In this document: piece by piece, positions 9,796 to 18,748 of the stretch
Layout: each line of letters starts with the position of its first letter
How positions within the stretch are numbered: the stretch's first letter is position 1
Assembly: GCA_043822125.1 (NCBI GenBank)
Contig: JBDRCB010000010.1
Location: forward strand, 1 to 51,706
DNA length: 51,706 nucleotides
Direction: 5' to 3'
Source of the DNA: an archaeon
GTDB taxonomy: Archaea; Nanobdellota; Nanobdellia; Pacearchaeales; GW2011-AR1
Program-made: the position numbers and the translations under genes
Notes under the pieces: model-generated
Told to the model about the DNA's origin: nothing
Database searches by the model: none
The model's input: only the letters and a program-made list of their open reading frames with translations

Positions 9796-9894
9796 CTCAT
9801 AATTAATTAAAAAAGAAATAATGCCTGAATTTGATAGAGGGTTAATTCGGGTGGATGATTTGGGAAGGATTCAAGGGTTGTGGAAAAGTGGGGG

Positions 9895-10491
9895 TTAATT
9901 TTTTTGAGCAATTAGGAAACCTATTTTGTTATTCCATTCTTCGTCCTCATCGTATTCTTCAAATTCCTCATAATTCAAAATATTCCATTCAGAATAAATT
10001 TCTTTTAATTCTTTTAGTTTAAAATAATAACCTTCTGAATCATCCTCTTGAGAAGGATCTCCTTCTAAAAGAACTTTGAAAATATTTAATCCTTTATTGT
10101 TTGTTTTTTTCTTACAATCTTCAAGCAATTCCCTTAAGCTTTTTTCAGAGAGAAAATGAAATGTTCCTGTCGAGATAATAATATCATAATCTTCTCTAAT
10201 AGGATAATTTTCTAAATCCGCAATAATGGAATTTATCTTAATCATCTTTTTTTCAGCTTCTTTTTTAAGTTTCTTAATCACTGTTTTAGAAATATCTACA
10301 CAAGTTACATCAAATCCTAATTCTGCTAATTTTAATGTGGTTCCTCCTTCTCCACAACCCAAGTCTAAGACTTTTCCTAATTTTTTATACTTCAGAATTT
10401 CTTTGATTATATTTTCATCTGGAGAAAACTCAAAGTTATAATCTTCTCTTGAAAAAACATTTTTTTCAAAATGATATTTTTCTTCAGTCAT
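9895..10491 (-). CDS. Class I SAM-dependent methyltransferase (TehB-like)
   Basis: VLDLGCGEG, VTCVDIS, YDIIISTGTFHFL. Confidence 0.85.
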   Translation of the reverse strand: MTEEKYHFEKNVFSREDYNFEFSPDENIIKEILKYKKLGKVLDLGCGEGGTTLKLAELGFDVTCVDISKTVIKKLKKEAEKKMIKINSIIADLENYPIREDYDIIISTGTFHFLSEKSLRELLEDCKKKTNNKGLNIFKVLLEGDPSQEDDSEGYYFKLKELKEIYSEWNILNYEEFEEYDEDEEWNNKIGFLIAQKN

Positions 10492-11569
10492 CTATAATCA
10501 CCTTGTTTCTTATTTTTAAAAATTTACTGATTTCATCTTCCAAAGTTTGTTTTGGAATTTTATCTTCAAATTCTGTTGAATACCCTATATTAAATCCCTC
10601 CACTAAGCGAATTGCTACAAAACTGGCTAAACTATTTTCAAAGTAATTCATAGATTCATAAAAAGCAGTTATTGCTAATTGAATATCTGTCTTTTTTAAT
10701 TCTTCAAATAATTCTTCATTCTGAATTTCTTCTTTACTAAAACAACTTTCTAAATCACATATTCCTATTGAACCATCAGGGCAAATTACTTCGTTGCCAT
10801 ACCAGGAATTTCCAATACCTCTTAAATATCCTTCTTTGTGAATTCTCTTATAAATTCCTCCGATTATCTTTCCAAGGTGAAGAAATTTTTCTCCATAATT
10901 GACATTTAAAATCTTTAATCCCTCATTTAGAAAATACTTTGGGAAAAACATTTGAAACTTCTTTAAATCAATTTTAAACTCTTCTTCATAAACCTCCTGT
11001 AAAAAATTAGTAAGAAGCATCATACAAAACTCATCTGCTCTAAAATCTGATTCTATTTCTTGGATTAGTGCGACAGCATCTTCAGAATCTTCAAAAAGAA
11101 GTTCAATTTTATGAAGTGCAATTGTCCTTTGAGGAACATTAAATCCCTTAGATACAAATTCTTTTTCAATCTTAATTTCTCTTTGAGCATCTTCTAAACT
11201 CATTGCTCCCCCAAATTCATTAGAAGATTCTTCAGTTAATCCATTTGATAAGTTAAAGGTTCTATCGGGAATAATTTTTTCCTTAAATCCTTCTAATCTA
11301 TAACCGTTCCGTTTAATCTTATAAAATTTTTCATTTATTTTTATGATTGAAGAACCAACTCCGCTACTCAGCCCAATTAAATTTTCCCCTTCAGATTTGA
11401 TTAAAAAAGGAACTTTTTCTTTTTCAAAAATAGGAATATATTTTGAATTAACTAAATTTACTTTTTTTCTATTTGTTAAACTCAAACTAATTGTAGGGGA
11501 ATTATTAGATGAAGACCATCCACTATGAAATCCGATTGCAAAATAAGGGAATCTTAAATCAGTTTCCAT
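10484..11569 (-). CDS. Hypothetical protein, probable kinase-like/SelO-like fold
   Basis: YKIKRNG, GGAMSLEDAQRE..EKEF..KGFNVPQR, HKEGYLRG...GN...ICDLES. Confidence 0.5.
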   Translation of the reverse strand: METDLRFPYFAIGFHSGWSSSNNSPTISLSLTNRKKVNLVNSKYIPIFEKEKVPFLIKSEGENLIGLSSGVGSSIIKINEKFYKIKRNGYRLEGFKEKIIPDRTFNLSNGLTEESSNEFGGAMSLEDAQREIKIEKEFVSKGFNVPQRTIALHKIELLFEDSEDAVALIQEIESDFRADEFCMMLLTNFLQEVYEEEFKIDLKKFQMFFPKYFLNEGLKILNVNYGEKFLHLGKIIGGIYKRIHKEGYLRGIGNSWYGNEVICPDGSIGICDLESCFSKEEIQNEELFEELKKTDIQLAITAFYESMNYFENSLASFVAIRLVEGFNIGYSTEFEDKIPKQTLEDEISKFLKIRNKVIIDD

Positions 11570-12536
11570 GTTTTAAAATTTTAGCTATTGAAGTTCCGCC
11601 AGAACATGCATCGGTCAAATATTCACAACTTTTACATTCATCAAAAACCCCTTTATCCAAATAAGGAATTTTAACTTTATTCAGATGCCTATAAGCTTGT
11701 TTAAATGAATCAAATTCTAAAAGTGAAGATAAATCATTTCCTGCTAAGGGTAGGCATCTCCATATCTTTAAATCTGGAGAAATATCAAAGAACGGAGGGC
11801 ATTTAAATTGAATATCATTTTGAGTTCCTTCAAAGATATAAAGGTCTTCCTTTGGAATAGCACATTTTGGAACAGTTAAATCTGCCCATGTTTTTATACC
11901 TCTTTTATTTGCTTCCTTTACAATTTCTATTGCCCTCTTACTTATCCCTTGAACATTCTCTAATGATTGATAACCTTTTGTTAACCCAGATTTAATTGTA
12001 GGTTCAACAATCGCCCATCTTAATTGAAATCCATATTCTTCTGCTAAATCTAAGTGCTCTTCAAATCTAGTTTGCGGTGTATCCAAAATTAACCCCACAC
12101 TTGTGGGGTGCCCTTTTAATTGTTCAAATGTTTTAATTATCTTTTTTAATTTTTCTTCAGAATAAGCATGTTTTCCGAGATAAGTTATTTCTGCTTCTAA
12201 TGGATAATTAATGTTTGAAAATTTTTCTCTAAACGAATTTGGCCAGAGAGCATTAGTACTAAATCCCACTGGGATTCCCAAATTATGAACAGATTCTCCA
12301 AAATCTAATGCTTGTGGGTGCAAGGATGGTTCTCCCCCCAAAAGATTAACTTGTAATAATTTTTCTTGTTCTAATTTTTTTAAAAGAATTTCCATACTTC
12401 CCTCAGACATCTTTTTTGAAGCATGTTGATTTTTCATAAAATCATCTGCAATGCACCAAGAACATCCAGCATTACATGTAGACGTTAGAAGAACGTTCAC
12501 ACAGAGGTCATCTTCTGAGTGTTTTAATAAACTCAT
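11559..12536 (-). CDS. Radical SAM protein with Cys-rich SPASM-like C-terminus
   Basis: CNAGCSWC, LLGGEPSLHP, KCPPF...WRCLP...CKSCEYLTDACSGG. Confidence 0.9.
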   Translation of the reverse strand: MSLLKHSEDDLCVNVLLTSTCNAGCSWCIADDFMKNQHASKKMSEGSMEILLKKLEQEKLLQVNLLGGEPSLHPQALDFGESVHNLGIPVGFSTNALWPNSFREKFSNINYPLEAEITYLGKHAYSEEKLKKIIKTFEQLKGHPTSVGLILDTPQTRFEEHLDLAEEYGFQLRWAIVEPTIKSGLTKGYQSLENVQGISKRAIEIVKEANKRGIKTWADLTVPKCAIPKEDLYIFEGTQNDIQFKCPPFFDISPDLKIWRCLPLAGNDLSSLLEFDSFKQAYRHLNKVKIPYLDKGVFDECKSCEYLTDACSGGTSIAKILKHGN

Positions 12537-12788
12537 AAAATTGGAATAAATACCTAACTTTTAAATCTTTCTTATTAGAATATTTCTTCTTACAACTTAA
12601 CCCCAAATTTTCCATTTCTACGTCGCTAATTCTCCAATTTTCTCAGTAAACATTTATTAATGAGTAAGTTTTTATTTTGCTGTAAAATGGCGACGAGGAA
12701 ATTAAAAAATAATAAAATAAAAAAGAGTGAAATTGGTTCGGAAGGAATAATAGAAAGATTTATATAATACTTATAGTTAATATATAAC

Positions 12789-13025
12789 ATGGAAAAAACT
12801 ACTATTCAAATAAATGTTGAAACTCTTGAAAGATTGAAAGCTCTAAAAAACTTTGAAAGACAGTCTTATGACGAACTCTTAACTAACCTAATAAATAATT
12901 GTGAGGAAGAAGTTATGGGAGAAGATGAAATCAATGAAATTCAAAAAGGACTAGAAGACATTAAAAAAGGGAAAGTTTATTCTATTGAATCTGTTGCCAA
13001 AGAATTAGGGATAATGCTCAATTAA
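12789..13025 (+). CDS. Putative antitoxin (RHH-like N-terminus, acidic C-terminus)
   Basis: TTIQINVETLERLKALK...SYDELL; lies 1 bp upstream of a RelE-like gene. Confidence 0.75.
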   Translation: MEKTTIQINVETLERLKALKNFERQSYDELLTNLINNCEEEVMGEDEINEIQKGLEDIKKGKVYSIESVAKELGIMLN

Positions 13026-13026
13026 A

Positions 13027-13275
13027 ATGTTTCAGATAGAATTAACTGAAACAGCAAAAGGATTTCTTAAAAAGTTACAAAAAAAGGATATGGAGATAAT
13101 CTTAAATAAAATCTATTCTCTAAGAGAAAATCCTTATAGGTTTCTTAAAAGATTACATGGCGAAAAATTATGGAGATTAAGAATTGGAGATTATCGAGCA
13201 ATCATTGATGTTATAGTTTCTATGAATAAAGTTGTGGTCGTGAGAGTTGGTCGCAGAAAAAACGTTTACAATTAA
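13027..13275 (+). CDS. relE: RelE/ParE-family toxin
   Basis: KRLHGEKLWRLRIGDYRAI...VGRRKNVY. Confidence 0.9.
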   Translation: MFQIELTETAKGFLKKLQKKDMEIILNKIYSLRENPYRFLKRLHGEKLWRLRIGDYRAIIDVIVSMNKVVVVRVGRRKNVYN

Positions 13276-13393
13276 CTTTTAATTCTATTTTTTCAGTAAA
13301 CATTTAAATATCAGTAAGCTTTTATTTTGCTGTAAAATTCTTGAAATGACAAATTTTCAAAAGATTTTTATACTTTCTACTCTTAATTTTTTT

Positions 13394-13702
13394 ATGATTG
13401 GAACTACTCTTATTGTTATTGCTGTTTTTGTTATAGCAGCGTGGATAATAATTGAAATGAAAAGATTCAGGCACAAAATTTTGGCGATTTTTTTAATAGC
13501 TTTAATATTGTTTTCTTACCTCAGTTTTACAGCAGTTTTCAGAGAGAGAAATATTGATTATAAAAGTTTGAATGGTGTGACTGAAGCAACTAAAATTTAT
13601 TTCTCCTGGCTTGGCTCTGTTTTTGGAAATATAAAATCAATTACAACAAATGCTGTGAAAATGGATTGGGGGGCTAATTCATCTTCGATAAAATCATCTT
13701 GA
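13394..13702 (+). CDS. Membrane protein, unknown function
   Basis: Two hydrophobic helices; internal ATG chosen as start. Confidence 0.7.
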   Translation: MIGTTLIVIAVFVIAAWIIIEMKRFRHKILAIFLIALILFSYLSFTAVFRERNIDYKSLNGVTEATKIYFSWLGSVFGNIKSITTNAVKMDWGANSSSIKSS

Positions 13703-13742
13703 GTAATATTTATAAACTATACATTATAATATATATTATAAA

Positions 13743-14051
13743 ATGGTGGTGAAAAAAAAGGCGAGAGCTAATCCTAGAACAGTTAAGAAAAGTTCGCGAA
13801 AAATAAAATCTAAAAAAAGTTCTGAAACAGCCAAAGGTTTGCGTTCTACTTCCAGGAAAATTAAATTAGTAATAAAAAATATTATTTTATTCACAATTCT
13901 ATTTATTTCGATGTTGTTATTGTATAAAATTTCAAATGAAGAAATATATGTTGATTTGTTCTTTTTGCTGTCATTTTTATTTGGGTTTGTGCTTTTGGCA
14001 TTTGTAATCGCACTGCTTGTATTTGTCTTTTTAAGAATATTGAAGAGATAA
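13743..14051 (+). CDS. Membrane protein with basic N-terminus
   Basis: K/R-rich N-terminus followed by two TM helices. Confidence 0.7.
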   Translation: MVVKKKARANPRTVKKSSRKIKSKKSSETAKGLRSTSRKIKLVIKNIILFTILFISMLLLYKISNEEIYVDLFFLLSFLFGFVLLAFVIALLVFVFLRILKR

Positions 14052-14074
14052 ATTAATTAATTCTTTGAAAATTA

Positions 14075-14147
14075 AGCCACAACTGAGATTCGAACTCAGG
14101 ACCTTTACCTTACCAAGGTAATGCTCTACCTGCTGAGCTATTGTGGC
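14075..14147 (-). tRNA. tRNA-Thr(GGT)
   Basis: GCCACAA...TTACC-TTGGTAA-GGTAA...CTGAGTTCGAATCTCAG-TTGTGGC. Confidence 0.95.
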
Positions 14148-14199
14148 TGTTTATTTTATATGTCATTAAGTTTATAAAATCTTTTTGTTAGGTTTTTAT

Positions 14200-14685
14200 A
14201 TGGAGAAAGAGTTTACACTTGATGATTTGAAGAAGAGATATAAAGAAATTCAGATTAAACATAAACTTCCTAGTTTTGAACAGCTGAATGAAGATTTTAG
14301 CATAGAGAAGACAGTTGAAACTGAATCTGAGATTTTAATTAGAGAAGTGAGGAGATATATCGGGGAAAAATTTTTAGGTTATCTTCGTTTTATTGAGATG
14401 CTGATAAATCCTGTTAACTCTCCAATGTTTATTTTTAGTATTATTAAAACTCTTAATCTTAAGGATAGAGAGAAACTGAATGAAATTTATAAAAAACTTT
14501 CAAAAATGCAAATTAAATTTCTTGAACTGGATGTTGATTTTTCAGAGGAGAAAGAGGCGGTTTTTATAAGAGAATCCTATACTCTTTGGCAGGAGATTAA
14601 GAGAGAACTTCTTGAGATTGTTGAAACAATAAATAAAAATTGGGACAATAAGATTGAGAAAGAAGGCAAAGGATATTTTGGATGA
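14200..14685 (+). CDS. Hypothetical helical protein
   Basis: ORF with ATG at 14200, ending ..GYFG. Confidence 0.65.
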   Translation: MEKEFTLDDLKKRYKEIQIKHKLPSFEQLNEDFSIEKTVETESEILIREVRRYIGEKFLGYLRFIEMLINPVNSPMFIFSIIKTLNLKDREKLNEIYKKLSKMQIKFLELDVDFSEEKEAVFIRESYTLWQEIKRELLEIVETINKNWDNKIEKEGKGYFG

Positions 14686-14687
14686 TG

Positions 14688-16331
14688 TTAATGTTTAAAT
14701 TTTAAAATCTCCTCCAGATTAATTTCAAACAGTGCAACAGGCATCTTTATTTTCCAGCTTCTCAAAATTTTGGGGTGAATTTCTCCTACAAATCCTATTT
14801 GTTTTTTATTGAAAATTATTTTTGCTGTCCTGCCCTCAATAAAATAAGTAGGCGTGTTTTCTGCTTCTTCTAATTTTATTTCTTCTCCAGTTATCTTGGA
14901 TAGATATTCTAAAATCTGCTTTACTTCTGTGAAGCTTCCAGGAGAGACAGCAACTGCAAGATTTTCATTTTCATTTATCTCTTCTTTTAATTCAAAAACC
15001 TTGCCTATTTCAAAAATTTTCTGAGGATATTCTGCGTCGATATTTTCTGATAAATTCTTAAGAAGGAAGTGGGTCAAATCTTTTCTTAAAACTGAATAAT
15101 CTGTTTTTGATTTTTCAACTTCAATTAATTTTACTCCATTTTTCTCTGAGACACCCATTTTTGCTAACTGATCTTTTTTTGTAGTCAGATGATAATTTGA
15201 AACTTCCAACATATTTATTCCTGCGAGAATTTCTCCTATTTTTCTTTTTATTGTTTCCCGAGGGTCTTCTTCTCCGATTGTTGAGAGTGCAGGTATTTCA
15301 GGTATTATGTTATCATACCCATATGCGATGGCAATATCCTCTATTAAATCAACTTCATGCAGAATGTCTGTTCTCCACGCAGGGTATTCTACAAATCCTT
15401 TCTTATAATTACAGCCCATCTTTTCTATTAATTTTTTAATTTCTTTTTCATTGAGTTTTATTCCTATTAGTTTGTTTACATTTTCCAGAGATATTTTCAT
15501 TTTTTCAGGGGCTAAATCAGGTGTGGTGATTTTCTTTTTATAGTGGAGCTCCATTTGGCAGATTTTCCCCCCCATTTCTGCGAAGGCTGTTGCAATAATG
15601 TTGATGCATTTTTTTAAAATCTCAAAATCATTTCCAGAACATTCTATAAACACTTCTTTTGTGTTTTCTGTGATTTTCCCAGTCATTTGTGAGTTTATTA
15701 TCGGAGGCATACTTAAAATATTATTATTTAAATCTGTGAAAATGGGGAACTTGCTTTTTCCTGCGAGAAGGTGGGCGTATTCTTTTCCTGCTGGATGACG
15801 TTGAAGAATCTGCAATCCTGAAAGCTCCCTGTCCATTTCAAGAGGGACGAATTTTATTTTATCCGGCTCTATTGCTTTGAGTGTTATCGGCAGTTTTATT
15901 TTTTCAAGAGGATAGATTCCTATTGCAACTTTTTTTCTTTTTCTTCCGACTGTGTTGTGCAGTTTTTCCTGAATTTCAATAACTTCTTTTATTTTCTCGT
16001 CGTCAAATTTGAGATTTTTGACAATAGCGCATGCAGTGTAAGGTCTTATATCTCTTACAGAAGAATCTATGATAACTTTGTAGTCCTTCTCAGGTCTGTT
16101 AATCTTGTATTCTCTTAGTCCTGTTTTTTTTCCAAGAAAAGCAAGAAAAGAGCGCTTCCATCCCTGATAAGAAAGAAGGTCCGGCCTATTTGGAAATATC
16201 TCCACTTCTATCTCTTCATTATTAAAATTTTCAAGAGGGGTCCCAAACATCGCTATTTTATGCTGCATTTTCTCGTCGAGTTTTCCTATTTCTCTTTCAA
16301 AAATTTTTCTGTTAAATTTTATGTTAGCCAT
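14688..16331 (-). CDS. pheT: Phenylalanine-tRNA ligase beta subunit (archaeal type)
   Basis: PNRPDLLS, QEKLH, SMPPIINS, RTDILHEVDLIEDIAIAYGY, GEIHP. Confidence 0.97.
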   Translation of the reverse strand: MANIKFNRKIFEREIGKLDEKMQHKIAMFGTPLENFNNEEIEVEIFPNRPDLLSYQGWKRSFLAFLGKKTGLREYKINRPEKDYKVIIDSSVRDIRPYTACAIVKNLKFDDEKIKEVIEIQEKLHNTVGRKRKKVAIGIYPLEKIKLPITLKAIEPDKIKFVPLEMDRELSGLQILQRHPAGKEYAHLLAGKSKFPIFTDLNNNILSMPPIINSQMTGKITENTKEVFIECSGNDFEILKKCINIIATAFAEMGGKICQMELHYKKKITTPDLAPEKMKISLENVNKLIGIKLNEKEIKKLIEKMGCNYKKGFVEYPAWRTDILHEVDLIEDIAIAYGYDNIIPEIPALSTIGEEDPRETIKRKIGEILAGINMLEVSNYHLTTKKDQLAKMGVSEKNGVKLIEVEKSKTDYSVLRKDLTHFLLKNLSENIDAEYPQKIFEIGKVFELKEEINENENLAVAVSPGSFTEVKQILEYLSKITGEEIKLEEAENTPTYFIEGRTAKIIFNKKQIGFVGEIHPKILRSWKIKMPVALFEINLEEILKFKH

Positions 16332-16477
16332 TGAAAATAACCTAAGTGGTTTTTCTTGATTTTCCCTTCTTGCATTGAAAAGCGATTTCTCTACTACAAT
16401 CCGACGGAAATCGTACGAAAGGCAATTGTTTAATTTTAGTTATCATTTTTTATTATTTTCTATAAATTTATTTCATC

Positions 16478-16738
16478 TCACTCAAATTCAATTAAATAAT
16501 GTCCGTGTTTAATTATTTCTTCCACAGAGTTGAATTCTGCTGTTTTTATTTTATTCAAATTTTTTATTCTTTTTCTGATAAATCTTCCTGTGTATTTTTT
16601 TGCTTTTGGATTATACTCTTCTAAAACTAAGACATCTCCTTCTTTTATTTCAAAATCAGCGAGGCGCAAATCAGCATTTTTCTTTTTTGAGAGGATTTTT
16701 TCAAACAATTCAGGCCAGCATTTCTTTTTTATTTCCAT
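16478..16738 (-). CDS. ASCH/DUF3850-like protein
   Basis: KCWPELFEKILSKKKNADLR..DFEIKEGDVLVLEEY...YTGR. Confidence 0.75.
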   Translation of the reverse strand: MEIKKKCWPELFEKILSKKKNADLRLADFEIKEGDVLVLEEYNPKAKKYTGRFIRKRIKNLNKIKTAEFNSVEEIIKHGHYLIEFE

Positions 16739-16739
16739 T

Positions 16740-18257
16740 TTAACTTTTCATCCAGAATTTCATTTTTCTTAATTGTGTGATGTTATTTTTGTATAACTCC
16801 CTTAAATCTTTTATGTCATAATAATCCATAATTGTCCTATCAAATCCAGGACCCCATGCAAGAACAGGAATGTGCTCTCCGAGAAGAGGGATTGTTACTT
16901 CTGGCCTGAAAATTCCTGCACCGCCGAGTTCCAACCAGACATTTCTTTCTGGATGCCACACATGAATTTCAACAGACGGCTCTGTGTACGCAAAATATGC
17001 AGGACAGAATCTTATTTTCTCAAACCCCATTTTTTTGAAAAATTGTTTAAGATAACCCAGCAGATGCCTGAAATTAGCGTCTTTATCGACGACAATTCCT
17101 TCTGTCTGATTAAATTCAAACCCATGGCTCCAGTCAACTGTTTCGTTTCTGAAGCATTTTCCCATCGCAAAAAACTTTGCAGGAAGCTTTTCTTTTTTTA
17201 TTTTTGCAAGAGTAAGTGCAGAAAGACAAGTAGTATGAGTTCTGAGAACAATTCTTTTCGCTTCATTTTCATCCCATCTATATTTCCATCCTTTGCTTCC
17301 TCCGACACCTTTCTCGTGGCTCTCTCTTACTTTGTCTACAATTTTTTTATCAGGGAGATTTGTTTTTTTATCTATAAAAAAAGTGTCCTGCATTTCTCTT
17401 ACAGGGTGGTCCTGAGCTGTGAATAAGGCATCAAAATTCCAAAATGAACTTTGTATTATTTCTCCTGTCATTTCCCTGAATCCCATCTCTGTCCAAATTT
17501 TTCTTCCATAATCAATTGATTGATTCACAAAATGCCTACGACCTCCATAAATTTTCGGAACAGGAGACAAGACATTATATCTCCTGAATTTTTTTCCTCT
17601 CCATAATTTTTCGTTCTTTAAAATTTCAGGAGTTACTTGTTCTATTAAATCAAATTCATTTATTTTTGACTGAATAACCTTTTTTCCTAATTCAGTAATG
17701 TTAATTTTTATTATTTTTTCTTCTTTTATCTGAATAATCCCTTTTCTACTCTGGAGAGATTTTAAAGCATAAAGCTGTTCTGAAGAGAGGGTGCTGACTT
17801 CAGCAGGAAGGAACTCTAAAAATAACTCCTCCAAACTTTTTTTCGCGATTTCTTCTTTTACAGAATTTAAAACTATTTTTTCTTTTCGCAGCTCTATCAT
17901 TGCTTTTTTCTTGAGAACTCCTATGGACGCCTTGAATTCATCTTCTGAAAGATTGCTTTGTTTCAGAGCTTCTTTGACAGGAATAATTCTTTTTTCCTCT
18001 AGCAGATGCAGGAGCCGTCTTTCAGGAAGTCCTTTTTTTCTGTATAATATCCCGTTGACATCTAGTTCTACTATTTTTTTTCTTTCTTCACTTAAAGTAA
18101 TTATCTTTTTACTTTCTAAATATTTAAGAGCCCTAAGAACAGAAACTTTATCAAGATTTGATTTTTTGCAGATTTCACCTATTTTTTTCTCTTCTAAGTG
18201 AGGGAGAATTTTCCTCTCATTTGGACTTAAAGATTCTGTTATTTTTTTAATATCCAT
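16740..18257 (-). CDS. pheS: Phenylalanine-tRNA ligase alpha subunit (archaeal type)
   Basis: FWNFDALF..QDHPVREMQDTF, LRTHTT, FRNETVD, YTEPS, GIFRPEV. Confidence 0.97.
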   Translation of the reverse strand: MDIKKITESLSPNERKILPHLEEKKIGEICKKSNLDKVSVLRALKYLESKKIITLSEERKKIVELDVNGILYRKKGLPERRLLHLLEEKRIIPVKEALKQSNLSEDEFKASIGVLKKKAMIELRKEKIVLNSVKEEIAKKSLEELFLEFLPAEVSTLSSEQLYALKSLQSRKGIIQIKEEKIIKINITELGKKVIQSKINEFDLIEQVTPEILKNEKLWRGKKFRRYNVLSPVPKIYGGRRHFVNQSIDYGRKIWTEMGFREMTGEIIQSSFWNFDALFTAQDHPVREMQDTFFIDKKTNLPDKKIVDKVRESHEKGVGGSKGWKYRWDENEAKRIVLRTHTTCLSALTLAKIKKEKLPAKFFAMGKCFRNETVDWSHGFEFNQTEGIVVDKDANFRHLLGYLKQFFKKMGFEKIRFCPAYFAYTEPSVEIHVWHPERNVWLELGGAGIFRPEVTIPLLGEHIPVLAWGPGFDRTIMDYYDIKDLRELYKNNITQLRKMKFWMKS

Positions 18258-18291
18258 TTTATTTTTAAGAAAGTTGGATTAAAAAAGGTTT

Positions 18292-18747
18292 TTAATTAAA
18301 AAATTTAACCATTGAAGTAGGCATTTTGAGAACTAATCCAAGTGCCTTTAAATCATGGAGATTTCTGCTGTTTTCTTCTGCTGAGATAAACTCCATTTTT
18401 AGCTTGTTTTTATTGCATACTTTTATGTTTTGCTGAACTCTTGCAAGAATTTTTGCTTTCTGCATTTTTTCTGAGAAAATTATTTCATCTAGATTTATTC
18501 CAATTATGACTTTATTTTTTTTAGCAATCTTTGCCATGACATGGTTAAAGCCGGAGTCTCTCTGTTTTTGGAAATCTTTCCTGTTTTTTTGACTTAAAAG
18601 AAGAACTTCTATCTTCTCTTTTTCAATTATTTTTCTGTTAAGCTCATCATCCTCGCTGGTGAAAATTATTTTTTTGTCTTTGTTTTTTCTAATTTCTTTT
18701 CTTGCTTTTTCAAAAGATGCTTCATGTATTAGAATTTTGTTTTTCAT
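18292..18747 (-). CDS. RNase P subunit p30 (Rpp30)-like protein, shortened
   Basis: QRDSGFNHVMAKIAKKNKVIIGINL; SRNLHDLKAL. Confidence 0.65.
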   Translation of the reverse strand: MKNKILIHEASFEKARKEIRKNKDKKIIFTSEDDELNRKIIEKEKIEVLLLSQKNRKDFQKQRDSGFNHVMAKIAKKNKVIIGINLDEIIFSEKMQKAKILARVQQNIKVCNKNKLKMEFISAEENSRNLHDLKALGLVLKMPTSMVKFFN

Positions 18748-18748
18748 A

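Larger units (their letters stand above)
9881..12614. mobile_element. Putative inserted three-gene cassette bounded by 18-bp inverted repeats
   Basis: tggaaaagtgggggttaa (9881-9898) matches the reverse complement of 12597-12614 (tggaaaatttggggttaa) at 16/18. No recombinase is encoded inside. Confidence 0.45.
12643..13338 (+). repeat. 46-bp imperfect direct repeats (41/46) flanking a TA module
   Basis: tcagtaaacattta....t.agtaag.ttttattttgctgtaaaat at 12643-12688 and 13293-13338. Confidence 0.85.

Noticed and set aside
9800-9900. Complete integron attC site or replication-origin ORB
   Set aside because: Core-like words exist, but there is no self-complementary attC body, no integrase or cdc6 nearby, and the ORB match is only partial.
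11559-12536. Viperin or a named RiPP maturase
   Set aside because: The Cys-rich SPASM-like tail is unlike viperin, and no precursor peptide ORF was found nearby.
16332-16477. 34-codon ORF upstream of pheT
   Set aside because: No motif or other coding support.
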